A stretch of 64,000 bases of DNA, taken from assembly GCA_000092065.1 (NCBI GenBank), contig CP000581.1; one strand, given 5' to 3'. Shown piece by piece: positions 38,468 to 47,279 of this stretch. The notes under the pieces were generated by a model. The model was not told the origin of the DNA. It made no database searches and saw only the letters and a program-made list of their open reading frames with translations. The position numbers and the translations under genes were made by a program. Positions within the stretch are counted from its first letter, which is position 1. Each line of letters begins with the position of its first letter. Source of the stretch: Ostreococcus lucimarinus (Eukaryota).

Positions 38468-39373
38468 ATGACGCCCGCGCGACGGCGGCGCGTCGTCGTG
38501 TTCGGAGACTCGCTCACGCAGCGTTCGTTCGAGCCGCACGGGTTCGGCGCGGCGCTGGTGCGCGACGGCGACGCGAAGACGATGGATTCGAACGCGCGAT
38601 GTCGCGACGACGACGCGCGCGACGACTGACGCGCGCGACGACGACGGCAGGCGAATCGGTACGCGCGCACGTGCGATGTGTTCAATCGCGGGTACGGGGG
38701 GTACAACTCGCGATGGTGCGCGCGCGAGGACGTCCTGGACGGGGCGTTCGCGGCGGACGCGCGGCGCGAGGGGCGGACGTTTCTGGCGACGGTGATGCTG
38801 GGGACGAACGACGCGACGCGAATGCGCGACGCGACGGCGGAGCGAACGAACAGGGTGAGGGTGGAGTTGGAGGAGTACGCGAAAAACATGCGAACGATCA
38901 TCGCGCGGGCGGTGGAGACGTCGGAGATCGTGGTGGCGATGACGCCGCCGGCGGTGGACGAACGACGACGCGTCGAGGCGCAACGCGAAAGATGGGGGGA
39001 GGACTGGGTCGGAGGACCGTTCGAGGATCATCGACCGGACGTCGAGGCGTACGGGAAGGCGCTCGTGGACGTGGTGCGCGAATTTCAGGAACGTCGACAT
39101 CGCGTCTACGCGTTGGATTTGTACGCGGAGACGCGCGCGGCGATGGAGCGCGGCGCGGTTTTGTTTGAAGACGGCGTGCACTTCGGCGAGGACGGACAAC
39201 GATTCGTGACGGAGAAGTTATTTCAAGTTTTAGATAGTTTGGATGCGGATCCTTCGGTGCCAGACTTTCCGTACGGGCACGAGATTCGAAACCCAGAGCG
39301 TGCGGCGATGAGCGCGGAAGAAGTGTTTGACGATCACGAAGCGAGACGTCCGAAAGAAGCGCTGGAACCTTGA
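38468..39373 (+). CDS. IAH1: SGNH/GDSL hydrolase, isoamyl acetate-hydrolysing esterase IAH1-like. Two exons: join(38468..38557,38651..39373)
   Basis: Exon 1 (MTPARRRRVVVFGDSLTQRSFEPHGFGAAL, GDS(L) motif, donor GTGCGC). Exon 2 (ANRYARTCDVFNRGYGGYNSRWC...GTNDA...DGVHFGEDG). The join reproduces IAH1 [41 protein letters not shown]. The two halves are in different frames in the ORF track (38036..38629 and 38678..39373). Confidence 0.8.
38558..38650 (+). other. inferred intron of IAH1-like esterase (93 nt, GTGCGC...CAG)
   Basis: Phase-0 splice joins the GDS block to the CDV.NRG..GY.TRW block. Confidence 0.7.
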
Positions 39374-39474
39374 ATTGCAAGAGAATGTAATGTATATACT
39401 ATAGTACAGTGTACTGTGCGCGATGCGAGAAACAAAATCACAAAATCGCGTTTGTCGGTTTATGGTGTGCGACT

Positions 39475-42282
39475 TTACGACTCGTCGGCGCTGTCTTCGA
39501 CCGATCTCATGATCACGCCTTCTTCGACCGAGATGACGTCTTCAAACTTCGGTCGCGTGTTCTCCGGTGCTTTCGCTTGGACCTGCTGCTCAATCACGTC
39601 GGTTTTATCGTTCACCTCCGGGGCGTTCGTCTTGAGAACGCGAGCACGCACCTCCTTGGGCGCGCGTTCAACTTTTTTCACCTTCTTCGTCGCGAGAGTC
39701 GCGAGATTCGCGCGCTTGTCCGATCGCTTCATCATCTTGAGCGTATCCGCCATGAGCGCGACGTGCAAGCCATCCGTAGCGGCCATTTTCATGAGTCGTC
39801 CCTTTCCAGGATCGTGCGCCAAGTGATTCGCCGCGACCTGTCGGGACGTCGGCGTGCGGTAATAACGGCCATCCGAGCCCATTTCCCACGCGAGCACTTG
39901 GTCCGTCAAGCACGCGTCGAGGACTTCTTGTAACTCGGTTTGGATCTTCGGATCGTACACACGCGTGATGACCTCGACGCGTCGAAGTAGATTACGACGC
40001 ATCAAATCCGCGGACCCCATGTAGAACTCGGGTGATCCGTTGTTTTCAAATCGGAACACGCGGTGATGCTCGAGAAAACGCCCGACAATGGAGACGACTC
40101 GAATGTTTTCTGAGACGCCGGGGATGCCCGGTCTAACGCGGCAGATGCCTCGAATGATGAGATGAATCTTCACACCTGCCTGCGAAGCGCGATACAGCGC
40201 GGCGCATATTACCGCGTCGTCAAGGCCATTCATTTTAGCGATGATGGACGCCGGCTTTCCTTTGAGAGCGTTCTCTGCTTCGCGTTCAATCATCTCCACG
40301 AATTCATTTTGCATGCGCAACGGGGCGACGATGAGCTTGTTGAACCGTTCTTGGTAGTGATGGCCCATGAGAAACTTGAACAAGTTACTCACATCATCGC
40401 CAAGCTGGTCGTCACGCGACAACAAACCGAAATCCGTGTAGATACCCGCCGTCGATGGGTTGTAGTTGCCGGTACCGATGTGCACGTACTTGACCAACTT
40501 TTTACCTTCGCGACGCACGACAAGCGACGCCTTCGAGTGCGTCTTGACCCCCTTGACACCGTACGCAACGTTGCATCCGGCGGTTTCTAAGCGCTGCGCA
40601 AAACCCACGTTTCTTGCTTCGTCGAAACGCGCCTTGAGCTCGACGAGCACGGCTACTTGCTTACCGTTTTCAGCCGCCTTGATCAAGGCTCTGACGATGG
40701 GCGAATTGTCGCTCGTGCGATAAAGCGTAGACTTGATTGAAAGCACATCCGGATCTCGCGCGGCTTCTTCGATGAACGCCTGCGTTGATGTAGCGAAAGA
40801 GACGTACGGGTGATGCACGAGGATGTCTCCCTCAGAAATCGCGCTGAAAATGGTGCCTTCGCTTCCGCGAATTTGTTCCAAACGTGGATGCGTTCGCGGC
40901 GACCACGGTGGGTAAAGCATCTCGATATCCATGCCAAAATTTACCGGTAATGAATCGATTGTACCGAAACCGAGTGGCGCGCGATGAGGTACGGTAATGA
41001 CGTCCGTGAGCGTGATGCCGTCGAGAGAGTCGATCAATTTATCTCGAATGTACTCGGGCATCGTGTCCTGGACTTCGAGGCGAACAAAAGACGCAAACCG
41101 ACGCTCTCGCACCTCGTCTGCCATCATCTCGAGCAAATCTTCGGCTTCGTCTTCATTACGCTCTATGTCGGCATTGCGCGTGACGCGAAACACGTGCGTA
41201 TCACGAATATTGCATCCTCTGAAGAGTTTCTCCATGTTCGCTTCGATAAGCTGCTCGAGCGGCAAAAATCGCTGTTCGCTGGAATCTTTGCTATCGCCGA
41301 CTCGAATCCAACGCTCGAGCGCGGCGGGAACGCTCACGATGGCAAACTTTTCCTGCTTGAACGCATCTTCGAGTTCGACCGCGATGGAAAGCGAGAGGGA
41401 ACCGAGAAACGGAAACGGGTGGCACGGATCTATGGCGCGAGGATCGAGCACCGGTTCGATTTGAGCCTCGAAATAGTCTCCGAGTTTCGTTCTCAAGTCC
41501 TTACTCAGATCATCGTATTGCTCCAAGTAGATATTGTGCGCCTTCAAAGCTGGAACGATGTGATCCTCCAACAAAGCCGCTTGTGCGTCCACTTGTCGCT
41601 CCACCTCCGCCGCGACGTTTTGCAACGTCTCCTGCGGCGTCCACACCTCCCGTCCGCGCTGCTTTACCAAGTTCTCCAAACCCGCCGCCGCCTGTCGCTT
41701 GATCGCGCCGACGCGCTTCGCGAAGAACTCATCCAGATTTCTCGCGCTGATCGCCACGAATCGCAACCTTTCAAATATCGGCACCTCTTCGTTCGCCGCC
41801 ATCGCGAGCACTCGCCAGTTAAACGCCAACCACGACATCTCCGCGTTAAACACCGGATCGCTCTTCACCAGCGTCTCCACGTCGTACTCGCTCAGCGCAT
41901 CCTTATCTTCCTCCATTCCTTCCTGCGCGAACGGCGGCGTCACCGTGCGCATGGCGGCGATCGATTCGTTGAACACGTCTCGCAGCTCTCGCGCGTCGAC
42001 GACGCTCTTCTCGTGCAATTCTTCACCATTCGCGGCGATCGCTCGCGTCTCCCCTCGCACCGCGCGCTTGCTCCCTCGACGCACCGCCGCGACGCGCCCA
42101 CCGCTCGCGCGCGCGTCGCCCGCCGCGCTCGCGCGCGCGTCGCGTCGCACGAAGACGATCTCGCGCGCGACCTCGTCGCGTCGACAGTTCGTCGAAACGA
42201 CGCCTCGTCGCGCGCGCGCGCCCGGCGTCGCGCGCGCGCGCGGCGCGCCCGGCGTCGCGCGCGCGACGACGCTCGCGCGCAT
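39475..42282 (-). CDS. ppk1: polyphosphate kinase 1 (PPK1, bacterial-type) with about 100-aa Arg/Ala-rich organellar presequence and C-terminal extension
   Basis: FNAEMSWLAFNWRVLAMAANEEVPIFERLRFVAISARNLDEFFAKRVG matches the PPK1 N-domain. Autophosphorylation motif DILVHHPYVSFATS. Two PLD-like C-terminal domains (HSKASLVVRREG..., VHIGTGNYN). Real ATG at 42282. Confidence 0.85.
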   Translation of the reverse strand: MRASVVARATPGAPRARATPGARARRGVVSTNCRRDEVAREIVFVRRDARASAAGDARASGGRVAAVRRGSKRAVRGETRAIAANGEELHEKSVVDARELRDVFNESIAAMRTVTPPFAQEGMEEDKDALSEYDVETLVKSDPVFNAEMSWLAFNWRVLAMAANEEVPIFERLRFVAISARNLDEFFAKRVGAIKRQAAAGLENLVKQRGREVWTPQETLQNVAAEVERQVDAQAALLEDHIVPALKAHNIYLEQYDDLSKDLRTKLGDYFEAQIEPVLDPRAIDPCHPFPFLGSLSLSIAVELEDAFKQEKFAIVSVPAALERWIRVGDSKDSSEQRFLPLEQLIEANMEKLFRGCNIRDTHVFRVTRNADIERNEDEAEDLLEMMADEVRERRFASFVRLEVQDTMPEYIRDKLIDSLDGITLTDVITVPHRAPLGFGTIDSLPVNFGMDIEMLYPPWSPRTHPRLEQIRGSEGTIFSAISEGDILVHHPYVSFATSTQAFIEEAARDPDVLSIKSTLYRTSDNSPIVRALIKAAENGKQVAVLVELKARFDEARNVGFAQRLETAGCNVAYGVKGVKTHSKASLVVRREGKKLVKYVHIGTGNYNPSTAGIYTDFGLLSRDDQLGDDVSNLFKFLMGHHYQERFNKLIVAPLRMQNEFVEMIEREAENALKGKPASIIAKMNGLDDAVICAALYRASQAGVKIHLIIRGICRVRPGIPGVSENIRVVSIVGRFLEHHRVFRFENNGSPEFYMGSADLMRRNLLRRVEVITRVYDPKIQTELQEVLDACLTDQVLAWEMGSDGRYYRTPTSRQVAANHLAHDPGKGRLMKMAATDGLHVALMADTLKMMKRSDKRANLATLATKKVKKVERAPKEVRARVLKTNAPEVNDKTDVIEQQVQAKAPENTRPKFEDVISVEEGVIMRSVEDSADES

Positions 42283-42485
42283 CGCTCGCGTCGCCGCGGC
42301 GTCGCGGCGCGCGTCACCGCGGCGTCGAAGAATGCCATCGCGTCGAATCCGCGTCGGCGCGTCCGCGACGCCGCAGTGACGCGCGCGGGGCGGCTTCGCG
42401 CGCGCGCGCGCGCGCGCCGGTCGAGCGTCGCGCGACGCGCGTCGCGCTCGACGCCGACGCGGATTCGACGCGCGCGGCGCGCGAG

Positions 42486-44186
42486 ATGCCGCGCGCGAGG
42501 GCGAAAGACGGCGCGCGCGTCGTTCGCGCGATTTCGACGGCGCGCGACGCGGCGCGCGACGCGCGCGCGCGCGCGCGCGATGGACGACGATGGACGTCGA
42601 CGCGCGCGCGCGCGGGCGCGGAGGCGTCGACGTCGGCGCTCGGGAGCGGGCTGGACTTTCGAGCGCTGACGCGCGCGGGCGAGACGGCGAGCGCGGCGTA
42701 CGCGAGGCTGTGCGCCGAGGGCGTCGTGCGCGAAGACGAGGCGCAGAGACACGCGCTGAAAGCGCTGGACGTCGTCGGAGGGCGCGCGAGAGGGACGCGG
42801 CGGAGGGAAGGACTCGGCGCGGTGGGCGCGGGGGGAGGGTGGTCGTTCGCGGGGTGGCTCGGCGGCGACGCGAGCGCGAAACGCGAGGTCGAAGCCGGAG
42901 AGGGGGGGGCGTACGTGCACGGGGGACCGGGAAGCGGGAAAACGTTTGTGATGGATTTGTTTTACGCCACGCTGGACGGTGAACACGGCGTGGAGAAGCG
43001 TCGGGAGCATTTTCACTCGTTTATGCTCGAGACGCACACGCAGTTGCACAAGTTGAAGGACTCGGATAAGAACATGGACACCGTGGGTCAATACGCGTCG
43101 GCGTTGGCGAGAAAGATGCGCGTGCTGTGCTTGGACGAGTTTCAAATCGTCGACGTCGCGGACGCGATGATCATCAAGCGTCTGCTGGAAAATCTCTGGG
43201 CCGAGGGCGTGCTGGTGGTGACGACGAGCAACAGACATCCGGATGAGTTGTACAAGAATGGGTTGAATCGCGCGCAGTTTTTGCCGTGCATAGCGGAAAT
43301 TAAAAGACGATGCATCGTGCACGAGATGGCGAGCGATCGCGATTATCGTCTCACTGGACGCGCACGGAGTGAGGAGGACCAAGCGATGTGGAAATCCGGC
43401 GGCGACGAAGCCGAGCGCGAGCGTTGGCTGGTCGAACGCTTGCAAGTGCTCGCGGGCGAGCGCTCGTTCAAACCGCTACAAATAGCGATCGGTGGACGCC
43501 TCGTGCACGTCCGGCGCGCGGGTGGTGGCATCGCTCACTTTGATTTTAACGAGTTGTGTGACAGCGCTCTGGGCGCCGCCGATTACACCGCCCTCGCGAG
43601 CATCTTCAACTCCATAGGCGTCGGGCACGTGCCGACTTTGAGCTCAGACAGACTCGATCTGGTGCGAAGATTCATTACATTCATAGATGTCATGTACGAG
43701 CATAAGGTGAAACTCCTCGTGAGTGCGGATGCGTCGCCTGAAGAGCTGTACCGCGCGAGCGCCGGCGACGGATCTCGCAAAAACGCCGCCCGCGACGAAG
43801 AGTTCGCGTGGGACCGCGCAGCGAGTCGACTCGCGGAGATGCAGTCGAAAGAGTTTCAAGAGGCACCTTGGAATCCAAAAGCTGGGAGCTGGTTGCTCGA
43901 ACAGGCGCGCGTCACCGAAGTCGTTCCAGCGCAGGTTCTGCGCTCCTTGTGGCAACGCTACGACCGCAACCGAGACAACGTTTTGGACGAAACCGAGCTC
44001 GAGTGTTTGGTGGGCGACTTGAACCAGCTGCGAAGTGGACACAGGCACGTGTCCGAAGAACAATTAGACGCCGTGATGTCCATCGTGCGTGGATCGAAAA
44101 ATTTGCGCGAAAATCGATACATGACGTACGAAGAATTCACGCGATACGGGCACGCCGCCATGCTCGAATGCATGCGCGACCGCTAG
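42486..44186 (+). CDS. AFG1: AFG1-like ATPase (AFG1/ZapE/LACE1 family) with presequence and C-terminal EF-hand-like extension
   Basis: Walker A YVHGGPGSGKTFVMDLFY, Walker B RVLCLDEFQIVDVADAMIIKRL, sensor VTTSNRHPDELY. C-terminal DRNRDNVLDETELECLVGDL fits the 12-residue EF-hand loop pattern. Confidence 0.8.
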   Translation: MPRARAKDGARVVRAISTARDAARDARARARDGRRWTSTRARAGAEASTSALGSGLDFRALTRAGETASAAYARLCAEGVVREDEAQRHALKALDVVGGRARGTRRREGLGAVGAGGGWSFAGWLGGDASAKREVEAGEGGAYVHGGPGSGKTFVMDLFYATLDGEHGVEKRREHFHSFMLETHTQLHKLKDSDKNMDTVGQYASALARKMRVLCLDEFQIVDVADAMIIKRLLENLWAEGVLVVTTSNRHPDELYKNGLNRAQFLPCIAEIKRRCIVHEMASDRDYRLTGRARSEEDQAMWKSGGDEAERERWLVERLQVLAGERSFKPLQIAIGGRLVHVRRAGGGIAHFDFNELCDSALGAADYTALASIFNSIGVGHVPTLSSDRLDLVRRFITFIDVMYEHKVKLLVSADASPEELYRASAGDGSRKNAARDEEFAWDRAASRLAEMQSKEFQEAPWNPKAGSWLLEQARVTEVVPAQVLRSLWQRYDRNRDNVLDETELECLVGDLNQLRSGHRHVSEEQLDAVMSIVRGSKNLRENRYMTYEEFTRYGHAAMLECMRDR

Positions 44187-44252
44187 CGAGCGATGCCGCT
44201 AAACTTCACATTTATCATATTCATTATTTCACGCGTAGTTAGTACAACATCT

Positions 44253-44660
44253 TCACATCTTCGAACGCGTGGCGCTCAGGGCTTCCTTTAAATCCCGCGG
44301 CACCGGCGTGGGTCTCCGCGTTTCCGCGTCCACGGACACGTACGTCACCAATCCATCGAAGCACGCGCCCCCATCCACCGTTCCGACGTACTCCACGTCA
44401 AAGGACGTCGTTCCCCACCGAGGCACTCGACACGCGATCCGCACCCGATCCAGAAACTTGGCTGACTTTTTAAAGTTCCATTTGCTGCTCGCGGCGACGG
44501 CCACGCTTCGCCCGCACGTCCACGCCCAGTCTTTCCCCATCGCCCGCTCCAACCACGCGTCGAACGCGCAATCGGCGTACACCGGATAACTGCCGTTGAA
44601 CACCACGCCTTGTCCGTCCGTCTCGCTGAACCGAACGACCACGACGTGCTCGTGCGACAT
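44253..44660 (-). CDS. hotdog-fold acyl-CoA thioesterase (4HBT/YbgC family)
   Basis: HEHVVVVRFSETDGQGVVFNGSYPVYADCAFDAWLERAMG fits the 4-hydroxybenzoyl-CoA thioesterase family N-terminal motif (V.VR..DTD..GHV.N..Y). First real ATG at 44660. Confidence 0.7.
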   Translation of the reverse strand: MSHEHVVVVRFSETDGQGVVFNGSYPVYADCAFDAWLERAMGKDWAWTCGRSVAVAASSKWNFKKSAKFLDRVRIACRVPRWGTTSFDVEYVGTVDGGACFDGLVTYVSVDAETRRPTPVPRDLKEALSATRSKM

Positions 44661-44997
44661 CGAAACCCGCGACGCGACACCGACCGACACTTTTCCGTCG
44701 ACACTTTTCCGACGCCGCGCGATGCGATTAGTTTTTACGGCCGTTCGCGGACGTCAGGAAGGCTGCGCACGCGACGACGACGTGCCAGACGAACAGACTG
44801 CGGCCTCTCGCGTTGCGCTCGCGCTGTGCGGGATCGGTGTCGCCGGGCGCGGTCATGATTCGCGCGATTGTGACGCGACGGGGTCCCACCAGCGGTCGTT
44901 CCCCTGGATCGAGGCGGCGCGGCTGCCCGTCGAAACGCGACGGATTCGAGGCTCTATCGGCTACAACGCTAGATGCGACGATGGTTTGGGTGCATGA

Positions 44998-47163
44998 CTA
45001 TGATTTCGACGCGATCGTAAAGTGCTCGTGGCGCACGCGAGCGGCGTTCATGTCCTGTCGAAGCGCGGCGAGCGCGGCTTCCTTGACGACGTGACGAAGC
45101 TCGGCGCCCGTGTAACCGACGGCGACGCGAGCCAACGCGTCGAGATCGACGTCGTCGTCGAGCGTGACGTCGCGGGTGTGGACGCGTAACGCCTCTACGC
45201 GACCGATGAAGTCGAGTGGGGGAATCTCGAGCACTAAATCGAGTCTTCCTGGGCGCGTGAGCGCGGGATCGAGACTCTTCGGGCGGTTCGTCGTCGCCAT
45301 CACGAGCACGCCGCCCGCGGTAGAGGGCGCGGTCTCTAACCCATCCATCTCCGTCAAGAACACCGAAAGCAGGCGAGTGGCGACGTCGTGCGCGCCGTCC
45401 GACGCGCCGTCGCCGCGAGATCCGCACATACCGTCGATTTCGTCGAGAAGAAGAACCGCCGGCGCCGACTTGCGCGCCTTGGTAAACGTACTGCGAAGAA
45501 TCTTTTCACCTTCGCCCAAGTATTTGCTGAACACGTCCGCGGCGGAAAGCGCGATAACGGTCGCGCCCGATGCCGTGGCTGCGGCGCGCGCGAGCGTGGT
45601 CTTCGCGCATCCTGGAGGTCCGTGCAAAAGAATACCCTTTGGCGGTCGCAAGCCTAGACGCTTGAACGCGTCTGCGTGGTGCAACGGCCACTCTACCGCT
45701 TGTCTAAGCCGCTTCTTAACGTCGGCTAAACCGCCAATGTCATCCCACGTGATCGGCGGCAAATCGATCGCGACGCCACGCACGACGGACGCGCGCACGC
45801 GTGAGCGAGACGCTTGAAAATCAGCCATCGACACCGTCATCTCGCTGTCGCCGTCCTCGCGTCGATTTTGAATCGCACGCATCGCGGCTTCGCGGCAAAG
45901 CGCCGCGATATCTGCACCGCTGTACCCTTTACTATCGAAAGCGACGATGTCCAACGCGACATCGTCGGCGAGCGGAATCGACTTCGCGTGAAGTTTGAGG
46001 ATTTCTGCGCGCTCCATCGCGTTCGGTAGCGACAACTCAACCTCGCGATCGAATCTACCCGGTCGACGAAGCGCAGGATCGATGGCGTTCGGCCGACTCG
46101 TCGTGGCAACGACGGGAACGACGACCTCGTCAGACTCCCCTGCGCCGTCCATTAACGTCAAAAGCTGCGCCACGATTCTCGTCTCGTGCGCGCTCGTTTC
46201 TTGCCTCGTCGGACACAACACGTCGAGCTCATCGATCATGATCACGCACGGCGCGCCCTTCGTCACCTCTTTCCGCGCGCGTTCGAATATCTTACGCAAA
46301 CGCTTCTCGCTCTCACCCGCGTACGCGCCCACGATGTCCCCGCTACTCACCCCTAAAATCGTCGCCCCCGCCTCGGCCGCCACCGCGCGCACCGCCTCCG
46401 TCTTTCCCGTACCCGGCGGTCCATGCAAAAGTAAGCCTCGAGGAAACCGCACGCCGAGCCTTCGCGCTTCGCTCGCGTACCGCATCGGCCACACGATGGC
46501 TTGACGCAACGCGTTCAAAGCTTCATCGCACGCGACGACGCGCGTCTCCGCTCGAGCCGCCGCCGCGTCGCCGCTCGCCGCGCGTCCCGTCTCTTCATCC
46601 GCCCCGAGCATCTCAACGCGTTCGATCACCGTCGACGCCGTGATGCGCCACGTCACGCTCCTATCGTCGCTCCCTCGCACGCTCGGCTCGACGCGTTCGA
46701 CGACGACGCGCTCGCGTTCGCCGCCGCTCGTCGACGCCGACGCGCCGACGCGCACGACGCGTTCTCGCAATCCTCGCTCGAGCGCCGCCGGCGTCACGCT
46801 CACCGGCGCTCGCACGCGCACGCGTTCACACGCGATCGGTTTCGCGTCTAAACGCTCGATCGTGCCCTCGTACGCGTCGCGTTCGTCGAATTCTTTCGCA
46901 TTCGCATTCGCCGCCGAATCTGCCTCGCGCACGCTCGCGTCGATTTCTGCGCACAGCCCGGGCTTTTCGTCCCACGGCTCGAGCGCGCACAGGAAGACGA
47001 ACTCCTCGTCCGCGCCGTCGCCCGCGCGAGGGCGTCTGCGCAGGCGCACGCGCACGGGGGCGCCGAGCGGTAGACGCAGGGCGTCGACGACGTCGCGGGA
47101 ACATCGCGCGCGCTGGGCGCTCGAGCGCGCGATGCGCGCGACGTCGACGCGAACGACGTCCAT
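44998..47163 (-). CDS. type II AAA+ ATPase with tandem D1/D2 domains (AFG2/SPATA5/CDC48-like)
   Basis: D1 LLHGPPGTGKTEAV...VIMIDELDVLC. D2 LLHGPPGCAKTTLA...VLLLDEIDGMC. About 200-aa N-domain. First real ATG at 47163 (MDVVRV). Confidence 0.8.
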   Translation of the reverse strand: MDVVRVDVARIARSSAQRARCSRDVVDALRLPLGAPVRVRLRRRPRAGDGADEEFVFLCALEPWDEKPGLCAEIDASVREADSAANANAKEFDERDAYEGTIERLDAKPIACERVRVRAPVSVTPAALERGLRERVVRVGASASTSGGERERVVVERVEPSVRGSDDRSVTWRITASTVIERVEMLGADEETGRAASGDAAAARAETRVVACDEALNALRQAIVWPMRYASEARRLGVRFPRGLLLHGPPGTGKTEAVRAVAAEAGATILGVSSGDIVGAYAGESEKRLRKIFERARKEVTKGAPCVIMIDELDVLCPTRQETSAHETRIVAQLLTLMDGAGESDEVVVPVVATTSRPNAIDPALRRPGRFDREVELSLPNAMERAEILKLHAKSIPLADDVALDIVAFDSKGYSGADIAALCREAAMRAIQNRREDGDSEMTVSMADFQASRSRVRASVVRGVAIDLPPITWDDIGGLADVKKRLRQAVEWPLHHADAFKRLGLRPPKGILLHGPPGCAKTTLARAAATASGATVIALSAADVFSKYLGEGEKILRSTFTKARKSAPAVLLLDEIDGMCGSRGDGASDGAHDVATRLLSVFLTEMDGLETAPSTAGGVLVMATTNRPKSLDPALTRPGRLDLVLEIPPLDFIGRVEALRVHTRDVTLDDDVDLDALARVAVGYTGAELRHVVKEAALAALRQDMNAARVRHEHFTIASKS

Positions 47164-47279
47164 GCGAATGCGCACGCGCGCGACGCGCGATGGGGCGCGC
47201 GACGTCGTGTGGAGAGTGAAAGAATGAGTGTACGCTATTACACGCTGGAGAGCCGTCGCCTTCGCGAACGCGCTCGCGA

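Noticed and set aside
39475-42282. Possibility that PPK1 (and the window generally) is bacterial contamination or an operon
   Set aside because: The flanking genes (RPL3, RPN3, SRP19, LC8, DENN, Kv channel) are eukaryotic. Several genes have spliceosomal introns. PPK1 shares the neighbours' codon usage and carries a eukaryote-style presequence.
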